Assembly (NCBI RefSeq): GCF_002945325.1
Contig: NZ_CP026606.1
Span: 1,500,001-1,532,000, forward strand
From: Methanococcus maripaludis
GTDB taxonomy: Archaea; AGJL01; Methanococci; Methanococcales; Methanococcaceae
Length of the DNA: 32,000 nucleotides
Reading direction: 5' to 3'
Both the position numbers and the translations under genes were made by a program. The stretch's first letter is position 1, and each line of letters opens with the position of its first letter. Shown here piece after piece: positions 1 to 10,400 of the stretch. The notes under the pieces were generated by a model that was not told the DNA's origin, ran no database searches, and worked only from the letters and a program-made list of their open reading frames with translations.

Positions 1-164
1 GGGTGGATATAATGTTAAGATACGACTTAAAGGCAGAATATAAAATAATATCTCTTTTATTATTATCTACGGTTTTTTGTACGATATTATGTATCGTTGG
101 CTAGTTTATTTTATTTTTCAGGCATTTCTATTATTTTTTTAAAAAAGTTTAAAAATAATTTAAT

Positions 165-1475
165 TTACAAAAGATGGTTTGGAACGATATCTTTTGAAAT
201 CAAATCCGCAAGGGTTTCTCTTGCTCTGATTAATGAAACTTCTTTTTCACTTGTAAGAATCATTGCAGGTTTTCCTCTCGAATTGTAGTTGTTTGCCATA
301 CTGATTCCGTATGCTCCAACATCCAAAATTGCAACAGTATCTTTTACTTCCATTTTTGGAAGTTCTCTATCTTTTCCAAATACGTCAGAACTCTCACAAA
401 GTCCTCCTGCAACGCTTACGACTTCTTTTTCAGCCCTTATTGTACAAGGTGTAATTTCGTGGTATGCTTCATAGATTGCAGGTCTCATCATGTCGTTCAT
501 TCCAGCATCAATCATCACCCATTTTGCAACAGGTGTTTCTTTAACGTGTTCGACAGTTCCAAGTAAAACTCCTGCGGTTGCAACTAAACTTCTTCCAGGT
601 TCTAAAATAAGGTTTGGAAGTTCGATTTTTCCTTCATATTCATAAATTACATCGAGAATTGCTTTTGAGAGGTCTTTTTGAACAGGAATTTTTGTATTTT
701 TATCATATGGAATTCCAAGGCCTCCACCTAAGTTTACATCTCTTATTTTAATTCCTTCGTTTTTAAGTAAAACTACGAAATCCATGATTTTCCTTGCTTC
801 TTCAACGAATGGGCTGATGTACGTTAATTGTGAACCAATGTGGCAGTGAATTCCAACAATTTTCACGTTTTCCATTTTTTCTGCCATTTTAATAGTTTCA
901 AGTGCAATTCCACTTTCAATGTCGAGCCCGAATTTGTTCTTTTTCATTCCTGTTGAAATTTTAGGGTGTGTTTTTGCATCAACGTTTGGATTTACTCTAA
1001 ATGCAACATTTGCAATTTTTCCCATTTCTTTTGCAGTTTCATTAATTAAAACGAGTTCGCTGATGCTGTCAACGTTAAATGCTCTTATTTCAGCTTCAAT
1101 TCCCATTTTAATTTCTTCTTTTAATTTACAGTTTCCGTTAAATACAATTTTTTCGGAAGGAACGTCTGAAAGTTTTGCAATGTACAATTCCCCTGCACTC
1201 ACAATGTCTGCACCGCATCCAAGTTTCGAGAGGAGTCTTGTTACAGCAAGGTTCGTGTTTGCTTTGTATGCAAATGAGATTATGAATTCTTTTCCGGTTT
1301 TTTCAGAGTATTCTTTAAATGATTCCACGTATCTTGTAAAGTTTTTAACTGTTTGGGTTTCACTCATAACGTAGAGTGGCGTTCCGTAAGTACTGGCAAG
1401 TTTGCTTGCATCGTGCCCGTCAATTTTTAAGTTTCCGCCGTCAACGGTAATCATTTCGTTCCCCAAGAATTCCAT
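165..1475 (-). CDS. lysA: Diaminopimelate decarboxylase (PLP-dependent, Orn/DAP/Arg decarboxylase family 2)
   Basis: 436-aa ORF with family hallmarks read directly: AYKANTN (PLP-Lys region), HCHIGSQ, GGGLGIPY, EPGRSLVA, CESSD. Confidence 0.93.
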   Translation of the reverse strand: MEFLGNEMITVDGGNLKIDGHDASKLASTYGTPLYVMSETQTVKNFTRYVESFKEYSEKTGKEFIISFAYKANTNLAVTRLLSKLGCGADIVSAGELYIAKLSDVPSEKIVFNGNCKLKEEIKMGIEAEIRAFNVDSISELVLINETAKEMGKIANVAFRVNPNVDAKTHPKISTGMKKNKFGLDIESGIALETIKMAEKMENVKIVGIHCHIGSQLTYISPFVEEARKIMDFVVLLKNEGIKIRDVNLGGGLGIPYDKNTKIPVQKDLSKAILDVIYEYEGKIELPNLILEPGRSLVATAGVLLGTVEHVKETPVAKWVMIDAGMNDMMRPAIYEAYHEITPCTIRAEKEVVSVAGGLCESSDVFGKDRELPKMEVKDTVAILDVGAYGISMANNYNSRGKPAMILTSEKEVSLIRARETLADLISKDIVPNHLL

Positions 1476-1611
1476 GGTTTCACCATAAGTTGTTTTTTCA
1501 TCATAAGCAGTAATATTATTTAAATATGTCGATAAAATAAGATATATAACTCATCCTTTAATTAATATCTCGTTAAAAAAAGCTCTATCAAAAAAGATTT
1601 TTATAAAGTAA

Positions 1612-2466
1612 TTATTTTAAATTTCTAACGTATTCTGGAGTTGTAACATTTTTTGGAATATTGTGGTGGAATTCACGTCCCAGTTCAAATATTTTGAGGC
1701 ATCTATCTCCAAACCTTTCAACATCTTTTAAAAACATTCCAAATTGTATAAACTGGTTAATATCTTTCAAATTTTCATCAGGATGTTCTGCAATTTTTTC
1801 CATCATCGTATCCAGTTTTTTATGGAGGTTACCTTCTAACTCGTAAATTTCTGTTTCAATCGTTTTACTTTTGACCATATTCATTGCATGAGCAAACATT
1901 TTTGAAATTATCTCTTTTATTTCAAAAACTTCCTTTTTTATTGCAGGGTCAACCAAAAGTCCATTTACGACTTCTTCTGCAATATTTGACAGGTAATCCC
2001 CGCATCTTTCAATATTTGCAGCAATATTTGATACCTGCATTAAACTGTTCATATCCATGTATTTTGAAGCTTTCATTTTAATTACAAGGTTTACTTCATC
2101 TTCCATCCTGTTTAATGCGTAGTCTTCAAGTATAATACTTTTAGCAATATCTAAGTCATGCGTTTTTAAAGAATCAAACACCTTATCTATATTTTGAATA
2201 ACGTTAGTTCCCATTCTATCGAAAGTTTCGTAAATTTCTTTAAAATACCGGTCAGTTTCGATATATTCTTCAAATTCTTTCAATTTTTCAAGATTTACAA
2301 CATAAGGGTGCATTATTGCACCCCCATCAACAAGTGGTTTTAGCAATTTTGCAACATACCGTCTGCTCACGCCTAATCTGTCTGCAATATCGTCTTGAGT
2401 TTCTGGCTCTTCGTCAAGAATAATATTTATTATTGCAGCAAGGGTTGCATCTTTTCCCCTCAGCAT
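1612..2466 (-). CDS. PhoU-domain regulator with N-terminal winged-helix DNA-binding domain
   Basis: 284 aa. The N-terminus (DDIADRLGVSRRYVAKLLKPLVDGG) looks like an HTH. Two helical PhoU-like repeats follow (E..DY..N.ME, ERCGDYLSNIAE, ERFGDRC). It lies next to an ABC transporter. Confidence 0.72.
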   Translation of the reverse strand: MLRGKDATLAAIINIILDEEPETQDDIADRLGVSRRYVAKLLKPLVDGGAIMHPYVVNLEKLKEFEEYIETDRYFKEIYETFDRMGTNVIQNIDKVFDSLKTHDLDIAKSIILEDYALNRMEDEVNLVIKMKASKYMDMNSLMQVSNIAANIERCGDYLSNIAEEVVNGLLVDPAIKKEVFEIKEIISKMFAHAMNMVKSKTIETEIYELEGNLHKKLDTMMEKIAEHPDENLKDINQFIQFGMFLKDVERFGDRCLKIFELGREFHHNIPKNVTTPEYVRNLK

Positions 2467-2569
2467 AGTATCCCCTTTGATGAATTAAATTTCATATAAT
2501 TTGAATAATAGTTCATTAAAAAAGAATATGTTTTAAAAATATATAAATTTAGAGGTTAATATGTGATAA

Positions 2570-3334
2570 TTAGACGTAAGACTTTAAAACTTCTGATTTT
2601 AATTCATCAATTATCATTTTTTTGTATTTTGTGAACTCCGGGCTGGTTCTTTTTCTTGGCCTGTCTAAATCTATATCAATAATGCTTTTTATTTTTCCAG
2701 GTCTTGCAGTCATGACAACAACACGGTCTGACAAATAAACTGCTTCATCAACGCTGTGTGTTACAAAAACGACTGTCTTTTTTTCAGTCTGCCATATTTT
2801 TAAGAGGTGGTCTTGTAAAACTGCTCTTGTCTGTGTATCGAGGGCTCCAAATGGTTCATCCATTAATACAATTTTTGGGTTATTTGCAAGAGTTCTTGCA
2901 ATTGCAACTCTTTGTTGCATTCCACCACTTAATTCATAGGGGTATGAATCACAAAATTCTTCAAGTCCAACCATTTTTATAAATTTTTTGGCAATTTCAA
3001 TTCTTTGTTCTTTCGGGATCTTTTTAATTTCAAGTCCAAAAGTAACGTTTTGTAAAACTGTTTTCCAGGGTAAAAGGGTGTACTGTTGAAATACCATTCC
3101 CCTATCTGCATCAGGGCCCAAAACTTCCTTTTCATCTAAATAAATTCCTCCAGAGCTTGGAGTTTCAAGTCCTGCGATCATTCTTAAAATTGTGGATTTT
3201 CCGCAACCGCTTGGGCCAACGATTGACACAAATTCGTTGTGATTTACTGATAAATCTACATTATCAACTGCAACGAGGTCTTTTTTACCATTTCCAAATT
3301 TTTTGATAAGATTTTTAAGTTCTAAAACTGACAT
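2570..3334 (-). CDS. ABC transporter ATP-binding protein, NitT/TauT (nitrate/sulfonate/taurine-like) family
   Basis: Walker A GPSGCGKST, signature LSGGMQQRV, Walker B VLMDEPF, H-loop THS. VFQQYTLLPWKTV is typical of SsuB/TauB-type ATPases. Confidence 0.9.
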   Translation of the reverse strand: MSVLELKNLIKKFGNGKKDLVAVDNVDLSVNHNEFVSIVGPSGCGKSTILRMIAGLETPSSGGIYLDEKEVLGPDADRGMVFQQYTLLPWKTVLQNVTFGLEIKKIPKEQRIEIAKKFIKMVGLEEFCDSYPYELSGGMQQRVAIARTLANNPKIVLMDEPFGALDTQTRAVLQDHLLKIWQTEKKTVVFVTHSVDEAVYLSDRVVVMTARPGKIKSIIDIDLDRPRKRTSPEFTKYKKMIIDELKSEVLKSYV

Positions 3335-3376
3335 ATTATCTTTTCCGGTTTTAAGTTATTATATTCGAGTTATAAT

Positions 3377-4138
3377 CTATTTCATCATTTTTTTCCAGCA
3401 GAAATATTTCTTTTCAATATATCTTAATCCTTTGTCTAAAATTATTCCAATTATTCCTATAATTATCATCGAAGCTACAACAATGTTCATTTTGCTTAAA
3501 GAATATGCATACATTATCAGGTATCCAAGTCCAGCATCACTTCCGGGAAGCATTTCAGCTGCAACAACACACATCCATGCAATCCCTGCTCCAACTCTAA
3601 GGCCTGTTAAAATGTCAGGGGATGATGCAGGAACTACTACACTTTTTAAAATATCTTTTGTGGAGCCTCCAAGAGTTTTTGCAGCTTCAATCATAATTAC
3701 AGGTACGCTTTTAACTCCTGAAATTGTATTTATCAAAATTGGGAAAAATGCACCAATGAGTATAATAAAGTGCATTGAGGACTCGCCTATTCCAAACCAT
3801 GCAAGAGCAAGTGGAACCCATGCAAGAGGGGGGATGGGCCTCAAAAGTTCCACTGTTGTATCAAATAAATCATTTATAAGTGAATAGTAGCCCATGAGAA
3901 GTCCTAATGGTATTGCAAAAGCACCAGCAATAAAAAATCCAATTAAAACCCTTTTAATGCTTACAATAGTGTTTTCAATTAAATTTCCTGTTCCAAGGAT
4001 TCCAACTCCTGGATTTAAAAGGATTGAAATTACACTTTCAACTTTTGGAAGGATTACTGGATTATTTAAATAAATTGCAAGAGCTTCCCATGCTAAAATT
4101 CCAATAATCGGTAAAGTAAGGTTTTTTAGTATTTTCAT
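3377..4138 (-). CDS. ABC transporter permease, NitT/TauT (SsuC/TauC-like) family
   Basis: 253 aa and polytopic. The BPD_transp_1-like loop EAAKTLGGS and the conserved RPIPPLAWVPLALAWFG segment are present. It sits 42 nt upstream of the ATPase on the same strand. Confidence 0.88.
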   Translation of the reverse strand: MKILKNLTLPIIGILAWEALAIYLNNPVILPKVESVISILLNPGVGILGTGNLIENTIVSIKRVLIGFFIAGAFAIPLGLLMGYYSLINDLFDTTVELLRPIPPLAWVPLALAWFGIGESSMHFIILIGAFFPILINTISGVKSVPVIMIEAAKTLGGSTKDILKSVVVPASSPDILTGLRVGAGIAWMCVVAAEMLPGSDAGLGYLIMYAYSLSKMNIVVASMIIIGIIGIILDKGLRYIEKKYFCWKKMMK

Positions 4139-4320
4139 TTAAATTCACCATATTAAAAAACTAAATGACGAGGTTGTTGTTATTAGAATATAAAAAAGTT
4201 TAACTATTTAAATGTAAAACATCCAAAGCAAAATTTTATAGATAATTCGATAAAAAAACGATAATTAATTTCGATTAAGAAAATAAGGCATAAATAAAAA
4301 CTAAAAAATATTAAATAAAT

Positions 4321-4869
4321 TTAAGAAAGCATTGCAATTACAAATCTGGATTCTGCTTTATCAAGTTCTTCAAGCGAGTTTCCTTCGATTACGTAGGTGT
4401 TGTTGTATTTTTCAATAGTTGCAGACTTGTTTGTCCTTTCAATCTGAATGACAAGTGTGTTATTGCTATTTTTAACCTTTTCAATGTCTTGTGTATTGTT
4501 AAACAAAGTTTGGTCAGCAATTGCGTAAGGGTATACATTATTAAAGAAGCTAACTTTTGAAACAAGGTCTGTAATTACGATACCGCCTTCTTCATTTGAA
4601 ATGTTGGAATCATATTCAAAGTATATTATCTTGTATTTTCCACTCGTGTAGTCACTTTTTATCTCTGAATCATTCGTATTTATTAAAGTTGTAGTCATTG
4701 AATCGTTTATCACTGCTCTTAGGGGTACATTTACAGTAGTGTCTCCAAACTGGACTACAAGCGTACTGCCAAAGTCGCTTAAGTCGTCACTTCCGCTGTC
4801 AGGTTTTTCAGTACAGAGGCAAAAACTGCTTAATAAAACGAGCGACAAAATCAAAACAATTTTTTTCAT
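4321..4869 (-). CDS. Hypothetical secreted or lipoprotein-like protein
   Basis: 182 aa. Signal peptide MKKIVLILSLVLLSSFCLC with a Cys-containing lipobox-like end. Many N-x-S/T sequons. No family recognised. Confidence 0.6.
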   Translation of the reverse strand: MKKIVLILSLVLLSSFCLCTEKPDSGSDDLSDFGSTLVVQFGDTTVNVPLRAVINDSMTTTLINTNDSEIKSDYTSGKYKIIYFEYDSNISNEEGGIVITDLVSKVSFFNNVYPYAIADQTLFNNTQDIEKVKNSNNTLVIQIERTNKSATIEKYNNTYVIEGNSLEELDKAESRFVIAMLS

Positions 4870-4946
4870 GTTTTCACCACATCATAGATTGTTATTGTAT
4901 AACGATTTTAACTTTTTAAATGTATCGAAATCGTTCGTAAAACCTG

Positions 4947-5318
4947 TTAATCCATCATCTGAATGTTTATCCAAAACATGACCAGTCCAACGAGATATTC
5001 AACTTCTTCGTCAGTTAATTCCTTATTTTTTGGAAATTTATGCCATTTTTGGATACATCCTCTACAGCAAGTTGCTGTTGCATGCTGTGCGATAAATACA
5101 GGATGTCCCTTCATTGGAGTCTGTTTTCCATCATTTTTTATGAATCCTGGTTTAATTCTCGTATTTAAAAACTCAAATGCATGGTTTTGGATTTTATTTA
5201 TTCCTTTATTTTTAATATATTCTTTATCTTGATTATTCAATTGAAATTTAGCCCTAAATTCTGATTTCATAAGTTTTTTATAAATTTCTTTGTATTTTTT
5301 GTAATCTGAAATATCCAT
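4947..5318 (-). CDS. DUF4186-family protein
   Basis: 123 aa carrying HPVFIAQHATATCCRGCIQKWH, which I recognise as the conserved DUF4186 core. Confidence 0.7.
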   Translation of the reverse strand: MDISDYKKYKEIYKKLMKSEFRAKFQLNNQDKEYIKNKGINKIQNHAFEFLNTRIKPGFIKNDGKQTPMKGHPVFIAQHATATCCRGCIQKWHKFPKNKELTDEEVEYLVGLVMFWINIQMMD

Positions 5319-5421
5319 AACTATCCCGAAAATAATATAAAAATTTCAAAAACGAAACCCATAGTCTTGTTTCAATTACTGTTTTAAAAAACTTTCACAA
5401 AAAAAGTAAAATATAAAGAAG

Positions 5422-7425
<2,004 letters not shown>

Positions 7426-7446
7426 TTTTACACCCCAAAGAAGAGG

Positions 7447-7472
7447 ATGGCTGAATTTTAATTTTCAGCCAT
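7447..7472 (-). other. Intercistronic hairpin (9-bp stem, 8-nt loop) between the two surface-protein genes
   Basis: atggctgaa (7447-7455) pairs perfectly with ttcagccat (7464-7472). It lies in the 56-nt gap between the stop at 7482 and the start at 7425. Confidence 0.4.
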
Positions 7473-7481
7473 TATTAGTAT

Positions 7482-10400
7482 TTACTGTCCTGCAAAGTTG
7501 CATTCTGAGTCTGAATATGCCCAGTATGCGTAGGTTGGTATAACTTGACTGCCACCATTAAGTTTTATCCATCCACTAGGACTAAATTCAAGTACTTTAG
7601 TAATGGATGGGTATCCTCCAGTGAAGTCACTGCATAACACAGGATCAAGTGATCCACCGTATGTATTTACACCTACAAGGTTCCATCCACAGCAAAGTTG
7701 TATTTCAGGTGGTGTATCTGTAGCTGTTAATGGTACGGTGTATATCGGCATACTTCCTTCGCAGGTACCGATGTATACATAACCTTCAAGTGGTTCGAAT
7801 CCACTTGCTAATTCCCACTGTCCGTCGGTGAATTTCACAAATGAACCGCTTGTAATTCCTGAGTCAGCAACCATTTGTGCTGTATCTACTTTTCCAGGTA
7901 CTGAAAACATTTTCAAGTTTTCAATTTCAATTGAACCTGTACTTTCTGCAGCTTCCGAAATTCCTTTCAGTTCTGCACTGCAATCAACTATTGGGAATCC
8001 ATGTGGGCCAAGTATTGCAGTCTGATTTATTTTAATGCTTATTTCTGTAGTATTGGTAATTATATTACTACTAGATCCAAGGGTAATTATTATCATATGG
8101 TCATTTATTGCACTTTCAGCCATTGTAGCTCCAGTTCCGAAGCTTCCACCGATGATATCAAATCCATCCAATGGGCTTGCAGGATCATAGGAGTCATTAA
8201 TGCTTACTGTGTCATTAAATGTTACTTTTAATGTATTGCATGGTTCGTAGCATGCATTGAGTATTTTTACACATTCTCTATCTACTGTAGTGTTTGTATC
8301 ATTAATTACTGGTATTCCACCATTTTCGATACATATGGCTCTTGTATCAGTCGCTTCCATGTTGTTGCAATCTTCATCGAATGCATAAGCGACAAGACAG
8401 TAGCATCCGTCTTCTAGGATTGTAGTGTCAAACATGTAGCTCCAGAGTCCATCACTACACGTAATTTCATCTGTAATCATGCCTGGAACCCCTTCATCAA
8501 CATACCATAATTCGATAGTGTCGATTACAGGGCAGTTTTCTACAGTTCCTCCAACTTCAATTGTACCGGATTTAACTCCTGAATTTACTGCTGGAGTTAT
8601 TAATGTAATTCCAAAGTTGTTGTCCACATCGATCATGTCTGTATCTGATGCGATTGCGCCTTGACATGGCCAGCCGTATGCTGAAACTCTTATTTCATAG
8701 AGGCCATCCATTGTGCACGTATTAAGATCGATTGTCCATTCCATACCTTCACAGTCACATGTTGTAGGAAGGTATATTACAGATACGCCAGGGAAATTAG
8801 TCCAGTCTCCCATAGGTTCTCCTGTAGGTTCACATATTTTTCTGTATTCAAATTCTAAGTAATCTAAGCACGCGCATTCCGCAGTACCTTCTATTGTAGT
8901 GGTTCCTGCAACTTTAGGTTCAGCTCCAGGTCCTGTAATGTCCACCATTACAAGATTGGAGTCGTATTGTATGCACTCGTATCCTGTTGTTATTGTAGTG
9001 TATGTATTTCCACATGAGTATTCTGCTTCAGCATAAATCTGTGTTGATGCTCCATTCAATATACATGGGTTAAAGCACAGTCCCCACTCCCAGGTACCGT
9101 CGCCAATGTATCTGAAATCTTCAGCAGGTACTTCTCCGAGAAGTCCAAGACTTGCGGAGTATACTTTTACGCTTTCTACTCTTTCATCTACTAAGCATCC
9201 AGTTAGAGTTCCTCTAATAGGTGCTTTATCTCCTGTTACATAGTATACGCAACAGTCAGGGCAGGTTAGATCAATTTCGACAGCGTTATTTACATTAACC
9301 ATTACATTGCTTTCGCTCTGGTCACATGGGCCAGTAACAACTGCTTTTAAGTATAATGGTCCATCTTCAAAGCAGCACGTGTTAAGTGGTGCTTTCCATC
9401 TTCCATCTTCTACATTTACATCAATATCTTCTTTGTATAATGTCCAAGATGTGTTATCTTCTGATACATAGAAGTCTACGTTTGAAACTCCCGCACCGAC
9501 CGCTGTACCGTATACCCAGAAGTTATCGCACACGGTCTGTCCGTCGATTGGTTTTGAGATCGAAACACCTGATGTGTCATCTACATAGACATCCATAACG
9601 TATTCTGCACGTTCAAAGTCTCCGCATTCGTCATTTTCACATGGTTCTACTACTGCTTTTATTTCGTAGTGTCCATTATCAATGCAGTTTACCATGCATG
9701 AAGACCAGGTTACATCCCAGTATGCATAATGGTCCCACCAGTTGAAATTCGGTAAGTTTGGATATAATGGATCTATTCCGTAATCTGTAAAGTCAATGTA
9801 CTGTTCGCTGTTTTTCCAGTTAAGGAATGCGCTGTCCATTGGCAACCAGTTTTCGCTTCCATATTCCCTCCAGTAGAGATCTACATGGTCAGGCAGGCAA
9901 ACGTCGTCAGTATCTGGCCAACACCACCAGCCGCAACAGTCTGCATCTACCCATACGAATCCTCTTATAACTTTACCGTTGTATATTGTGTTTCCTTCGC
10001 AAGGATCAATTATTTCAATGTCAAAATCATTGTATATGCTCGTTCCAATAGGTTCAGATTCAAATTCTCCGCAACCTCCTTCTGCAACACCCCTTATTCT
10101 TACATATCTTCCTTCTTCATCCTGAATATCTTCTGGTGTACACCAGTCAGTTTCCCAGGTTCCTGATTTGAGGCATGCTCCTTCATAAGTCCATGTAATT
10201 GAACTTTCAGTACAGCTTGCATCTTTCCAGCAGTTGTCCCATTCGATATACCATTGGCATCTATCTACCCGTACCATATGTCCAAAGTCGTATTCTAAGT
10301 CTACGTAGTCAGGATAATCTATCCAGCAGGTTGGAACTGAGATATTACCAAATGCAGTAACTGTTCCACTTTGTATGTCGTATACTCTGTAGCAATCATT

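Noticed and set aside
3303-3887. 194-aa plus-strand ORF overlapping the NitT/TauT permease. Similar antisense ORFs occur at 919-1374, 15886-16230, 16349-16573, 16986-17312, 24134-24445 and 30555-30896.
   Set aside because: These are shadow ORFs opposite strongly supported genes. Their translations are low-complexity, Phe/Ile/Ser-rich and lack motifs, as expected by chance in AT-rich DNA with few antisense stops.
4321-4869. 182-aa lipoprotein, considered as the missing substrate-binding protein of the adjacent NitT/TauT transporter.
   Set aside because: It is about half the size of known NMT1/SsuA-type receptors, shows no recognisable two-lobe motif pattern, and is separated by a 182-bp intergenic gap.
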